Made by a program: the position numbers and the translations under genes. Below the pieces are notes generated by a model, which did not search any database, was not told the origin of the DNA, and was given only the letters and a program-made list of their open reading frames with translations. A stretch of DNA of 64,000 bases from Octopus vulgaris (Eukaryota): assembly GCA_951406725.2 (NCBI GenBank), contig OX597814.1, positions 175,150,001 through 175,214,000 of the forward strand. Direction: 5' to 3'. This document shows positions 39,400 to 53,025 of this stretch, piece by piece; position 1 is the stretch's first letter, and every line of letters starts with the position of its first letter.

Positions 39400-42300
39400 C
39401 TCTCATTAAGATCGTTTTCGCCGCATCTCTATTTAAAGCAATTGTTTAATTGGAAAATACTAATCCCGTACAAAACAGAGCTATTTAGTTGACGACAACA
39501 ATCGGTAGATTCTTATCAAATTACACACTAACAACATTCCTATGAACGTATTATTTTAGTTTATTGTAATTGTTTTCTCTTTTTATAAAGTATATACATA
39601 TCAACTCGTAGAGATTGTACTAACCTACTAGATCTAACGGAAAGTAGAAACTATATTATTATTCTAAAACATTCGGTGAGTGTTTTTTGTCCTTAAGGGA
39701 GGTAATATTTATTTGTTATTTTTACTAAGGAGTTATTTCTCTTGCAGCTATGGCAGTCTCCTTCCGACGAAATAAAATTGTTGAAAAAGTATTCGATGGA
39801 AAATAGAAGATCCACTTAGCGATAAACTGTTGATAAATAGTTTATTTTAATAATAAATTCTCAGAGGAAAATAATAATAACATATCTCACGAATCATTTC
39901 CATTACGAATCGATATTATTAAAAGTTGGGAAGATTTCGTAGTTCGCTGTCAATTCCTGAATTTAGATACAACCAAGCAGTACAGCTCCTTGTTCAGGAA
40001 AGTCAATATGGCTTCTACCAGCACCGTTGAAGGTAAGCATTTCAACTTTAATTCTTTTTCTCTTTCGTAAATTCTTGTTTTCCTTAAATATAGTACATAA
40101 AAACTAGTTTATTTTATTTCATTTATTATTCTCACATATGTTTCGAAAGCTGGCATATAACTCTCTTATTGTTGTCGTATTGTTTGTAGGCGCCATTTTC
40201 TCTATTATTTCAACTTGTATATTTTGTCTCTTATCATCATCATCATCACCCCCTTTACCGTATTGAAAATTACATTTTATTTACCAGTTTTTAGCTTTAA
40301 TTCTTTTTATATAGTAAATACGTAATAAAACGGACGTGTTTTTTTCCGTTTTCACCCTCGCAATCTTTTAAACATGGCTTTTAGTCCAGTACAAGCTCTT
40401 CAGGAACATTTTCTCCGAAAGGAACGTTTAAAAAATTCCTAATTGACAAAAGGGTAATCGTGTCTGTTACCCATTTCTTTTTAAACTACGTACTTAGCTC
40501 TTTATGATGTTTGTTTATTGAGTGACTAACACCAGTTCAATGTTTCACATGTTGCATTTAACAAAACACTATGCTCCGAGGTTTTACAAAATTTTTTTTT
40601 AACCTAATTGCTCATTATTGATTTTCGTATGACCAGTCTTCTAGTACATCTGTCATTTACAGAAGGCGACATTTCACCGTCGACAGTCCATCCTTAATTA
40701 TTTTCCTCATCTAGAAGACTTTCCGAACGTTGTTCTTCCTCTGCAGTATTGTGGGTGACGATATTATAGGAAAAAATTGTAATTTCAGTCTATTTGGTCG
40801 TTGTTATTTTTCCCCATTTCTCTGTATCTTGTGTGTAAATCAATGACCAACGTTCATGTTTTTTTTTTCCACCCCTTATTAATAGAAAATTGAGATATTT
40901 TAATATTCTCCAACTTCAACATCGGCAGTCCTTTTTTTGCCCGGGAGAAGGGATACATGTCATATTTCCTTGTTTTATTTGTTTAGTATCCTGAAACCCA
41001 TTGTTACATACCTTTGTTACTGTGTTTTTATTAAACTCTCTCCATCCATCCATCTATCTATACTCTTAGTTGTTTCTAATAGTTGTCAGTGATATAATGG
41101 TTTTAGTACCCTTTCGTTTTAGGACTACTTTACAAAGACATTTCTCTGAATTCTATTGTTTTTATCTATTTTCATACAACAACTCATTCTCTCTCTCACA
41201 CACACACAAGCTTTTTGGGAAATATCTACTCCGTTCTAAATGGCCTCGGCTGCCTTGATGAAACAACGTTGCTGAAAAACATTAACATTTCTGTGTCTGT
41301 CTACAAATCATCTCTTTCACAACAGTCGCTGTTTTCTAGAATGTTTCAGGCTTGGTGGGTCCACTTACTAGGGAACTTAATATTTTTTTACTTCACTCTC
41401 GAAAACGCATTAAACACACCAGCCTGGAAATTTATAAAACAGGGGGAAAACAGCAGAAACAAAAAAAAAAAAAAGCAAACCACACACAAAACAAAATATT
41501 ACTCACACACATGCACATATGTGTGTGTGTGTGTGTGTGTGTATGTGTGTTTGACTTTTTATTCGTAACAGTGAATGATCAGAATAAAAATTTGTGCAAA
41601 TTCGGAAATTGATAATGGCTCACATGATTTAGATAGGTTGTCAGTACAAAATATTAATCTAACTTGGTCTTAGCTTCACAAATTAAAAAAAAAAAAGTGT
41701 AACTGCGAAGAGAACTGGAAATGTAAAACATTTAAATATTTTCATATTCTCCTATAGCCTTGAAATAACTTTCAAGTATTTTAGAAACAATTCTTAAGAA
41801 CGGCTAATTCAGTGTAGTGTTTGTGTGTTTATACACATACGCATCTACGTATACAAACACTTCCTACTTTGTAAAATAATTTTATTAAAGTACGTAAGCA
41901 TTTTTTTTAAATGCGGTTATCATTTCTATATTCCCTACTTTGATTTTAGTTTTCGTTCTGTTTCTTAAATTTTGTATTGACATTTGCGTATTTTTCTAGT
42001 AATTTCGAAATAACAGCTTTCTCATAATTTCGATACACCGAATATTTTTACCACCTTGAAATTATTTAAAAAAAATAAGTATTTTTTTGAATTCTGTCTG
42101 TTTCCAGATGGAGGAAGATTTCATTAAAGAAATTATGCCTTATGTTTATAAACATCGCTTAAGTGACCTTCATTTATTTCCCAGTTCATCATTGTCTAAT
42201 GATTTGATTAAATAAATGTTCTCTAGATCATTCCGCTGTATTTCATTTATATTAAAAAGAGAAGGAAAAGAACGAATTGTGGCTAAACGGCTAAACAAAA

Positions 42301-43100
42301 TTGCTGTTTCGAATAGGAATGCTTTTCTCCGGTTCAAAATTTGGTTCGTTTAAAGTGATTATTCTGCTTTTTATTACATATTTTCGATTATTGAAATTTA
42401 CTGATAAAAAGATAAAGCAGACAAAACACGTCAGAGAATTATAATCAACGCTGTAACATTTGGGTTTGGGGTTCAACTCTTATACGTAGTTATCGTTTAG
42501 TTATTCCTTCTCGTGATATTTTAAAAACTAATTTGTTTTTGTTTTAAAATTTTTTATATATTTATCCTAATTAACGGGAGGTATCGTTAAGAGTTCTTTA
42601 CTTGCTGAAAACAAGTCGGTTCTTACGTTACTTAACTTTAAAATACAGTATTACTTATGGCTTATATATTAATTTTCATTGTTCACTTATATCTTAATTC
42701 ATTGGAGATTTCCTCACCCTCACTGACCCTCAAAGTTTTGTTTACGTCTTTTATAAATAAGTAGCATTCTTTGTAGTTTCACCTTGAATAAAGTCTTATT
42801 TCAGAATTAGAAACCACTTTCAGTTGTTAAATTAGTGCTAATAAAAGGGTTACAAAATAACTTGCTTTGTAACAAAATAACTTGCAAAAAGTAACAATAC
42901 ATTTGTCAACATGAGACTACAACATCCGAAGTTGGTTTACATCAAATGGCTAGGCTCTCGTGACAGTGTTTCAAACTTCAGTCGTTGAACGATAGGATGT
43001 AATCACCATATTTGCAAAATTATCCGCTTATGATTTAGCCAAAAGTGTCTTGGATCTATCTACTGTGTTCTGGCTCGGTTGCTGAAGCAACAGAATAATT
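39400..43100. promoter_or_regulatory. CpG-retaining promoter/first-exon region of UBE2V
   Basis: CG dinucleotides are visibly frequent in non-repeat sequence here and scarce in the flanks; the region is largely free of transposon insertions and contains exon 1. Confidence 0.6.
40008..40032 (+). CDS. UBE2V2: Ubiquitin-conjugating enzyme E2 variant (UBE2V1/UBE2V2, Uev1A/Mms2), first coding exon
   Basis: ATG GCT TCT ACC AGC ACC GTT GAA G|GTAAGC gives MASTSTVE, phase 1. It joins TT at 61499 to give V-PRNFRLL. Confidence 0.8.
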
Positions 43101-43284
43101 TGTACTTGAATTGTTTCTATCTGAATTACAAAACATGTCATTTCGTATTTTTTACCTGATCTACTTGTTTATTGATACTACCATCTTCTAAGTTCATTTC
43201 ATTCATTTTCTGAACCAATGCTTCATTAGATCAAAAGTTCATTTCTCCAGATAACCTTGAAAAGATTCAGTTTGTAGAGATATA

Positions 43285-43495
43285 TTGATTTAAAATTTTG
43301 GCACAAGGCCAGCAATTTCGCGGAAGGGGATAAGTTGAGTACATTGACCCCAGTGTTCGGTTGGTATATATTTTATTGACCTCAAAAGAATGAAAGGCAA
43401 AATCGACCTTGCTAGAATTTGAACTCAGAACTCAGACGGAATGGTGCTAAGCATTTTGGTCCGCCTGCTACCAATTCTGCTAGTTTGCTGCTTTA
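43285..43495 (-). mobile_element. SINE family B, diverged
   Basis: Colinear with 35115 and 5855. Confidence 0.75.
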
Positions 43496-45974
43496 TACTG
43501 CAATGTTTTTCTTTAGTAATTTGGTGGGTCTGTATCACAATAAGCTTCATTTCCATACCATTATTAAAAATTATCTTCAAATCTGTTATAATTGATTGAA
43601 ATTAGTGATATGAGATTTTTTTATGTGTAGATGTTTTTTTGCAAGTCCACTAGTAATTGTAGATGACATGGTGCAGGGAAAGGTAACTGATACTTTCTAG
43701 ATATTCTTTTCTTTTTACGAAATGCAGATTGCTGCTAAAAAAAATTTCTCAGATTGACCATTCTTGATGAATGTTTCAGCAGCAAATGCAGTGTGCCCTT
43801 GTCCAAACCATGATGGTAGCTGAAAAGCAATGGTATTATCATTAGCTACATTAAGGCAATTACCACTTGTCTAACTTCTAGCATCACATTAATAGCCATG
43901 TAAAATTTGAGAGGTTTTGCTTTCCCTCCTCCTTGCATAATCTGTCATTCAAAAAAGTAAAAGGAATACTTTTCTGTACTAAAAAGTTTGGTTAATACCG
44001 AATTTAAATGCAGAATTGGTGCAAAACTTTTCTAACCATTTAGAATAAAAAGAAAACAACAGTTAAAAGATTGTTTTCTTAGCTAAAGCATATCTGTATT
44101 GATCTCAGATCATCAGCTAACTGTTAGCAATTTCATTTTATTAGTTTTGTTGTTAAACACTGCCATAACCTAGATATGTTTCATGATAAAGCCAACAGAC
44201 GTCAGAATGTAAGTTTGTACTCTAGTAAGTGTAAATGTGATCTACTTTTTAAAGATGTATTCATTGACCTGAGGAGAAGCGACTGTTCATATATTGCGTT
44301 TCATCAGTCTTGGTTATGTAAACTACAAACTAGTGGGCCATTCAGCATTGACCATGAATGTTTGTGTGTGTATACACACACACACATGCTTACATGATAC
44401 ATTCATTGCATTTAATCAATCATCTGAGAGCTTTCTCTCTATCAAACTAACATTTAGCAAAGTTTGAAAGTTTTTTTAAAGTGGAAAAGAAAACCCTGTT
44501 GTAATACATCAGTTTGATACTAGTTGTAATGACTGGTACGTAATTCCCTTGATAAACCACCTCAACATTTCCTTAAATGCACTTATCTGTTTTGTTTCTC
44601 AGCTTGTGGGCTGACAAGCATTGTCTCAAGTGGTTGACTTGTTAGAAAAAAATCAGCCAAGTCTATTATCTTGAACAAGGAATACATTGGATAGTTTCTG
44701 GTATTCAAATAGACATGATGTTCACAACCTTCAATCACAAGTATGCTCAATCATGGATAAGTTGAGACTAAACAACAAAGAATCGTCTGGAATGGAATGC
44801 CTTTACTCATAGGTTTACTCAATAAGATTTGATCTAGATTTAAATAAATAAAAAAAAGTTGATTGTTTAGCTCTACTCAAGATCGAATTGTCCAATGTGT
44901 CTGACAAAGGAGATTTAGCTTCTATTTTATAGCAAGTCAGATGACCCTCCTTGTATATATGAACTAATATTATTCTGTCACTACAACTGGTGTGAGTAAA
45001 TTTTATAATCCATAGCTTGGGTTGAATTAATGTGGAAAAAATAAGCTAAAATAGTTGGGTATCTATTTCTGGAAAATCTTTGGTGTACTTGTATGTACAT
45101 GTTTGATTAAATTCTAAACACTTTTTAAAGTGTATAACTCTTAGTTTTGTAAAATTTTATGCAATTGCAAACTTTTTGGCTGTTGGTATAATTTGTCTTT
45201 TTCCTTGTAGATACATAAAATAATGCTTTCACTAGAAGATTAATTGAATGTGAAAAATGAGTTTTTTTTTTTTACGAGGAAGACATTGCATTGTAGAATA
45301 ATCCCTCTTATTTTACCTCAATGGACTTACAGCCAAGTGAATTTATAGAAGCATTGTGAGAATTTAGAACTACATAGAATGAGAAAATTTTGCAGATTTA
45401 TTAAATGGAAATTCTGAAACCTTGGGAGACAATTCTGTTGCATTAAAACATAAATATTGATGACAGCTAGAGAAAGAAGCATTTCGATTGATGAGTGAAG
45501 GCTTAACATATGGCTTTAAGATGCTGTATGGAAGAGAATATTGTTTTCAAGATGATTTAGTGAAGAAAATTCTAGACTAACACAGTACTTTAAACTTACT
45601 GAAAAAGAGCTGAAGGAAATGTCCACTAATGGCATTAAAAGTATCAGTAGTGAAAGGAGTTTGGTAAAGTTCAGAAATGAGGATTTTAATATTATAATGT
45701 AGTTCTGTTCAAATTGTTTAGCTTCCATATAAGAAAGCAAAACATTAGGAAATATCAAACACCTGATATACAGCTTATATCTGATGATCTGGTCATTCTT
45801 TGTATCATTGGTGAATGGAAAACTTGAGTGGCTGTGAGATTCCATCTGCAAAGTTCTGAAGTTATTAATAAAACTTTGCAAAAAAATGTTATTTACCAAT
45901 GAATTTACCTTTCAAAGTATAACCAGGCCCAGGTTGCAAGAGTTGCCAGAGTGTGTTATTTTGAGTGTACACCT

Positions 45975-46500
45975 AGTTGAACTCTTGTATAAGTGGTTGA
46001 TGTTAGGAAGGATATACTGCTGTAGAAACCATACCAAAGCAGACATTGGGACTTGATGCAGTCCTCAGGCTCGTCTATTCATGTTGAACTGCTCAACCCA
46101 TGTCAGGATGAAAAAAGTGAACATCTTTTACTTGTTTTTATCATTAGACTGCAGCCATGGTGGGGCAATTCTTTGAAGAACTTTAGGCAAATAAATTGAC
46201 CACTAGTACTTATTCTTTAAAGCCTGGTACTTGTTCTATCAGTTTCTTTTGCTGAACCACTAAGTTATAGGAATGTAAGCACTAACACTGGTTGTCAAGT
46301 GTTGGTGGGGGACAGATTTATATATTATGTCATCATTTAATGTCCATCTTGGATGGTTTGACAGGAGCTGGTAAGCCAGAGAACTATGCCAAGCTCCACT
46401 GTCTGCTTTGGCATGGTTTTACAGCTGGATACCCTTCCTAATGCCAACCACTGTACAGAGTAGACTTGGTGCATTCCACATGGCACTGATGAGGTGCTAT
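45975..46500. mobile_element. Cluster: RTE tail (+, 45975-46105), SINE A 3' part (-, 46105-46312), RTE tail (-, 46330-46490)
   Basis: Matches to the families defined elsewhere in the window. Confidence 0.7.
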
Positions 46501-46791
46501 GTGAAAAGTAATTTGCAACACAAAAATCCCTTAATTGAGAGAGGGAGGTGGCTTTGTGTTAGGTAATGATAGATTGGAATATGACAAAAGGACAAAAACA
46601 AGTGTCTTATTGTAAAAGAGATACATGGTTACTTGAGTTAGAGGAGAGAGAAGGAGATACATGACTAGTAAGAGATGGTGATGTGCCAGAGCATATTCTC
46701 GAGGTACAAGGATGTGAATATAAATGGACTGGTAGAGGAATGAGTTGGGGGGTTCATGAAAGTGCAAAAAAGAGAGGAGGGAATATATATA

Positions 46792-47989
46792 TTGGGTCAT
46801 CCCATAAATAATGCAGTTTTTTTAATACTAATTTTATTTTTCAAAATTAAGATAAAGTTCTTTTTTAATCTAAAATATACTCTCTTTCATTTTCTACATT
46901 GCTCTTCCATTTATCTGGTAGACTTGCAAGGCTCCTTCCAAAATTCACTTGTCCATCACGAAAAATACTCCTCCAGTACTGTTCTGATGTTGTCTACAGA
47001 ATTAATATTTTTCCCAGCCAAATGATTTTGAAGACTGGAATAAATAATAATCAAATGGTGAATATGGTAGGTGGGGCATCGTTTCCCATTCAAACTGCTC
47101 CAGCTTTTAGAATGTCATCCTTGCTGTATGTGGGTGAACATTATCCTGATGGAAGAATACCTTTGGTCTTGAAACCAAAGATGGTTGTTTTTCTTCTAGC
47201 AGCTGACTTAAGCTGCTCACAGATCTCCTTTGTTATCATATGGTTTGGCTTTAAAAGTTCAAAGTGGATTAATCATTTCATATCCCACCAAACACAGCAA
47301 CACCTTACTTGGGCAAAGACCTTCTTTACCCTGGGATGCTGGTGTTTTGCCTTTCCTTACCCACTGTCTTTGGTGCTTGACATTTTTATAGAGAACCCAT
47401 TTCTCATCACCAGTCATGATTCAGTCCAAAAACAGTTCATTTGTGAGACATGACAGCAAAAGAGAGCACACATTCACTCTCTGTACACGATTTGACTTGG
47501 GCAGTTTGTGAGGAACTCATTGACTCAATTTACTGACTTTTCCGATGGCACGCAGGTGTTGACGACTGGTTGAATGACCAAATCCAAGCTTCTCTGCTAG
47601 TTCCACCAAGGTTTGCAGGACATCCTCATCATACTCTACAGATTTTCCAGGATGAGGCTCATCTTTTAGGCTGTAGTTTCCGTCTAGGAATTTCTGGAAC
47701 CACCATTGACACCGGTTTACACTTATTGTCTGATCCCCATATACTGCATTAATATTCCTCACACTTTCCATTGCATTGTTGCCTTTATTGAACTCAAAGC
47801 AAATTATGCCAAATATGCTCCTTTGTCACTTCCATTATAGCTTTGAAAAAATAACTTTAAAATGAACTGCACTCTTCAAAACTTGCACTAAGAAATAACA
47901 AGGTAAAATTACTACCTGCTTTTATAGCAAGTTGATGCAATTTTCATGCAATTGAAAAAAAAAACTGCATTATTTATGGGATGACTCAA
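46792..47989 (-). mobile_element. Mariner (DD34D) transposon, degenerate
   Basis: TIRs ttgggtcatcccataaataatgcagttttt / aaaaactgcattatttatgggatgactcaa. Minus-strand HTH region (INAVYGDQTIS..CQWWFQKF..GNYSLKDEPHPG), VPHKL and TGDEKW. Confidence 0.9.
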
Positions 47990-48269
47990 TCTTATGAGTT
48001 TCTTGCAGTTTCTACCTATCAAATCCTCTCACAAGGCTTTGGTTAGCCCAAGGCTCTATTAGAAGATACTTGCCCTACATACCATGCAGTGGGACTGGAC
48101 CCAGAACCATGTGACTGAGAGAAATAAAACCATAAAATACAAAAAGAAGGAATTTTAGTAAATGTGTAAAATGTTAGATCAATATAAGACCCTGGGCAGT
48201 TTTTGTATTCCCTACTGATGAATTTTTGGTTAAAAAATTGTCATCATCATCGTTGTCCTTCTTAACACC

Positions 48270-48600
48270 AACCACTCTGTGAGTGTAGTGGGTGCTTTTT
48301 ATGTGCCACCGGCACAGGGGCTAGAGGAAGCTGGCAACGGTCACAATCGGTTGGTGCTTTTTATGTTCCACTGGCACAGACGCCAGTCAAGGCGGCACTG
48401 GCATCAGCCACATTTGGATGGTGCTTTTTATGTGCCACTGGCACGAGTATCACAACTGCAATTTCCATTTAATTTTTATTTTGATGTTGATGTACTTGAC
48501 TCAATAGGTCTCCTCAAGCACAGCAGGTCGCAGGGAGCCATGAACTCCATTTGTTGGGTCTTCGCAAGGTCAAAACTCAACCAGAAAGAACATTGAACAG
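48270..48600 (-). mobile_element. RTE 3'-UTR fragment with three tandem gtggcac-taaaaagcacc modules
   Basis: Matches 56968-57350. Confidence 0.75.
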
Positions 48601-49039
48601 TGTCTACTTTCTTTAGGCAACCTGTGTTCAAAGCAATTCATGTTAGGATCTGGGTCTGAAGAAACTCATAAGCTTGAAGAAGTAGTTGTAAAGATTAGGA
48701 CAAATTTCATGAGATTGTTGGATTTCTGTGTAAAAATATCTAAACAATTGTTTTAGACTTTTAAATTTTAATGGCAAATGCTCATCACTTAATGATAATT
48801 GTTATTGAGTCTAAGGAAAATATGTTCTAAAAATAAAGCAATATCTCTGAGGTAGTTCTGAAAAGCATACAAGCTCTCCCACTCCCAATACTTGAATATT
48901 TTAAATAATTGATAATAATATGCATAATAATATGATGCATTTACTGGAAATGGTGAAAATATCTTTTCACACACCATAAAGAAAAATAGTAAAACACTGA
49001 ATTAATAAAAAAAACCCAAACAAAATGCTAACATTGTAG

Positions 49040-49333
49040 AAAGTAGTCTTACAGTATATTTCCAATTTTAAAATGTATTTCATAAATACACTGGCTTTAT
49101 TTATAAATTGGTGTATATAGCTGGATGCCTTTCCTTAAAGCAATCTCTGAATTTATGGGGACAGAATTTTTATATTAGGTTGTTGTGAAAATAATGGCCA
49201 ATTTCAGAAACCTAATTTTATTCTGGAAAAATTAACAACAGAAATGTTTTGATTAGTCAAAGTATGAGCCGTGAACATCTATGCATCTCTGCCATCAATC
49301 AATGAAATTATTTATGCCTTGTTGATAAAAATT
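49040..49333 (+). repeat. Local duplication of 50111-50404 (flank plus mariner end)
   Basis: ~290 bp colinear, high-identity direct repeat. Confidence 0.92.
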
Positions 49334-50247
49334 GTTGAAGAGAAAAATGATGAATACATTTTTGCTCCACAGAAGGTTACAGTGAGGTCATTACAACCTG
49401 CTTGAGATAAATCTCTCTTGAATTACACTACAATAAGGAGAAGACACATTAGACAATGTAGTGCTACAAACTTTTGAAAATGACAGAAATCAGGGTTCAC
49501 TTAGTGCTAAACAACAATGACAGCTGGTCAATATAGAGAAGTATAATTTTGAATGTAATTAGGGAATCAACTCTACCTTACCTCTGTTGGCTTTGTGCCT
49601 GATTAAAAGGAGGAAATATATTGAATGCTTTTTTTTTTTGTTGCAAAAAACTTGTTTTGCTAAATATAAATTGTTTTTAATCTGCTTAGTCAAATGACCA
49701 TTAGAAAATAATTTTTGAGTTAATTAGTAAAATATCTATTTTTATATTTGAATTTATAAAATACATTTTTATTGTTTGGTTATTATATTTGTTTTAGAAC
49801 AACTTTTGTTTTCTATTTTATTTTATAATGATTTATCTTTATTTAATGTAGTAAACAGGAAAGTAATTAGCAGATGGAAAAACAACATGGGGTAGAGAAG
49901 ACCTTTTGGTCTTGTTGGAAACAAAAGTGCTGATGTCAATGAAATGCATCCATTTACACTCTGTAAAGTAAATTAAGTGATAGATAGAAAAGGCACTCAA
50001 CCATTAAAACCATGTCAAAAAAATGGAATATGCAAGCAAGATGGAGATCTGTGATGACCCATCCAATCCTTAACCAGCTTGGGAAGCAGATGTAAAATGA
50101 TGATGATGACAAAGTTTTGTCTTCAGTATATTTCTAATTTTAAAATGTATTTCATAAATACAGTGGCTTTATTTTATAAATTGGTGTATATAGCTGGATG
50201 CCTTTCTTTAAAGCAATCTCTTTGAATTTATGGGGACAATTTTTATA

Positions 50248-51499
50248 TTAAGTTGTTCTGAAAATAATGGCCAATTTCAGAAACAATTTTATTCTGGAAA
50301 AATTAACACTAGAAATGTTTTGATTACTCAAAGTATGAGCCGTGAACATCTATGCATCTCTGCCATCAATCAATGAGATTATTTATGTCTTGTTGATAAA
50401 AATTTATTGGCTTTGATGCTAAGAAATCTTTGAAAGCTGATTTCACCTCTGGTTTGGACCTGAAAGTTTTATCACTTAAAAACTTGTTTGAATGCTTAAA
50501 AAAATGGTAGTCATTGGGTGAAAGATCAGGAGAATATGGAGGATGTGTCTTGTATCCCAAGTCTGTGAGTTTCTGCAACGTCATTCTGGCAACATGTGAC
50601 TTTGCATTTTCGTGGAGCAGAATTGGGCCATACTGATTCACCATTGCATTTTTTTAAAGTGAGCATGCATTTCAGCAGATTGCAATAAAACTCTGTTGTA
50701 ATGCTCTGATTGGCTTCCAGAAAATTGTAATGGACAACACCAATTGCAGACCACCAGACAGTTACCATAATCTTTTGCTGATGCAACTTTGGCTTTGGGA
50801 AATGCTTAGGGGGACTCATTACAGTCAACCCATTGAAATGATTGTTTGTGGTTATCATAAAGGATCCACTTTTCATCGCAAGTGACTATTCGGTCAAGAA
50901 TAGGATCATTGGTGTTTCGGAGAGAGAGCATCAAGCACATTTCAAAACGCGGAACTTTATTTTCATTGAGCTCATGTGGTACCCATTTATCAAGCTTTTT
51001 CACCTTACCAATCTTCTGCAGATTGCGTGAGACCGTTGCAATACCGATACCAAGTGCCTGAGACATTTCTCTGACACTTTGATGTGGGTTTGGTTCAACA
51101 ATTGCTTTCAATTGTTCATTGTCAAGACTGCATGACCATCCTATATCTTCTTCATCTTCAAGGCTCTCATCACAACTTTGGAATTTCTGAAACCACCTTT
51201 ATACTGTGCGATCACTTGTGGATCCCTCTTCCTATGCTCTGGCAGCAGTTTTGGAGGCATTGTGCACAAGCTTGAACTCATGCAAGAAAATAAGCGAAGG
51301 TCCTTATTTGCCATGTTCATAATTAAGGGCGCTTATGCTTCAAGTATGTTTTCTGTTTGAAATAAGTAGAAAATTGTTGAAGAGCATACATCAATTATTA
51401 AGTATGTTGAAATTCACCTAAAATATAATTAAAATACTATGATAAAATTGTGTTTCAAACACAATACTTACAGCAGCCATTATTTTCAGAACAATCTAA
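50248..51499 (-). mobile_element. Full-length mariner (DD34D) with frameshifted transposase
   Basis: TA-flanked TIRs ttaagttgttctgaaaataatggc / gccattattttcagaacaatctaa; motifs KWVPHEL, VTCDEKW, LLHENAKSH and PPYSPDLSPNDY. Confidence 0.95.
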
Positions 51500-52683
51500 T
51501 AATAAAACAGTTCTGTCATTTAAAGTCATTATATGAACCTAGCACCCAGTACTCTAACTTGCAGACAAAACGTATTAGTGTGGCTACTGTTTTCAAATCT
51601 TTTTGTGGCATGCAATTTTTTTGTCCTGTAAAAAAAGCAAGCAACCATTCCTTTGTTTTAGTCAGTAATTCTAATATTTGGCAATTGGTTTCATCTCTAC
51701 TGAACCAATTTAATTCATTTAGGATTTTGCCTGGATTACATATTTTACACTAACTGCATGTTTTAAAATTAATTTTATTTGAATTGAAACACACTGCTCC
51801 TGCATATGCAGAATTAAATGCTATACAAACCTTTTGTGGGTGTTAATATTGTGGTATTGTAGTTTTCAAATAAAACACAGAAAACATATCTCTCTCACTC
51901 TCTCTCTCTCTATATATATATATAACAATTTATGGAATACACTCAAAGATAACTAGTATTTCAAACAAAAGAACTGTAACACTTATTGATAAAGTTTTGC
52001 CGATTAATTGAGTTTATGTTTTAATTCAGGAAATGTTTTTCACTGTGTATACAAAGCTTTGAGAAACAACATAAATTTTTTCAAGTTAAAATAAGAGAGA
52101 ATTTTATAGTGACCATTATTGAGTTACATTCAGTGTGTTCAACCTGTGGGCAATAAAAACAGGACTATTTTATTCCAAGATCATCATTTCTTACTATAAT
52201 AGTGTTTAGTAAATTCATTGAGAGGAATTTCATCATGAAGTAATTATATCGTGAGCTCATGCAAGTACATCATCAGGTGTTTTGTCTGCAGAGTGAATGA
52301 ATCTCTTGACCTTAAAGCTTTTATTCACAGGGAAAATAAGTTACATTTCATTAGCAATAGAAAAAGTCATTCAAAGATTAAAACTGGTTCAATTTATTCA
52401 ATATAACCTCATTTAACATCCACTTGTCCATGCCTGCATGAGTTAGAATTTGTTGAGGCAAATTTTATATGGTTGGATGCTCTTCCTGTCACCAAGCAGA
52501 GTAATATTTTCCATGGCCAGACATGTTTTCTGCAGAAGATTGGAAACAAACATCATTGTTAGTGTGACAGTGATGTTCACTTAAAACTATCCACTGATGG
52601 CAATGCAATGGTATACACACACACACATACATAGCAGGCTTTTTTTCAGTTTCTGCCTAATAAGTCTACTCACTAGACTTTAA

Positions 52684-52903
52684 CCCTTTAGCATTCAGAT
52701 TACTTTGCCAAATGCAATGCTTATGCATTCACATTGTTTTGAATTGATTATGCACTATCTCATAGTTTTGGGACTTTGATGATGTGATTATTTATTTTTA
52801 AAATGACATTGTAGGATACCTGTGAGAGGCCAGATCTGGCTGATTTGAAGATAAAACAGGTAAAATATTTTGGCTGGATATTGCTGGTTTGAATGCTAAA
52901 GGG
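52684..52903. mobile_element. piggyBac-type MITE inserted into a minus-strand SINE A
   Basis: TTAA at 52680-83 and 52904-07; SINE A sequence on both sides (52630-52680, 52908-53000). Confidence 0.9.
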
Positions 52904-53025
52904 TTAAATCAGTCTAGGGCTACAATGTGTCACAAGGTGGGACTGAATGGTGAACCATGTGATTAGGAAGCAAGCTTTTAAGCCACATAACTATGCCTGC
53001 ATTTACACATTAAAAATGTCAGTTC

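Noticed and set aside
42108-42215. Acceptor-like tttccAG followed by ATG (MEEDFIKEIMPY...)
   Set aside because: Splicing from exon 1 gives a stop after 6 codons; no homology or clear donor.
45330-45720. Possible Tigger/pogo transposase C-terminal remnant (DDLVKKILD*HST / LTEKELKEM)
   Set aside because: Too decayed and no TIRs found; insufficient support.
48205-48245. ctgatga-atttttggttaaaaaatt-g hammerhead-like half
   Set aside because: GAAA, stem III and the cleavage site are absent; the sequence runs into an RTE tail.
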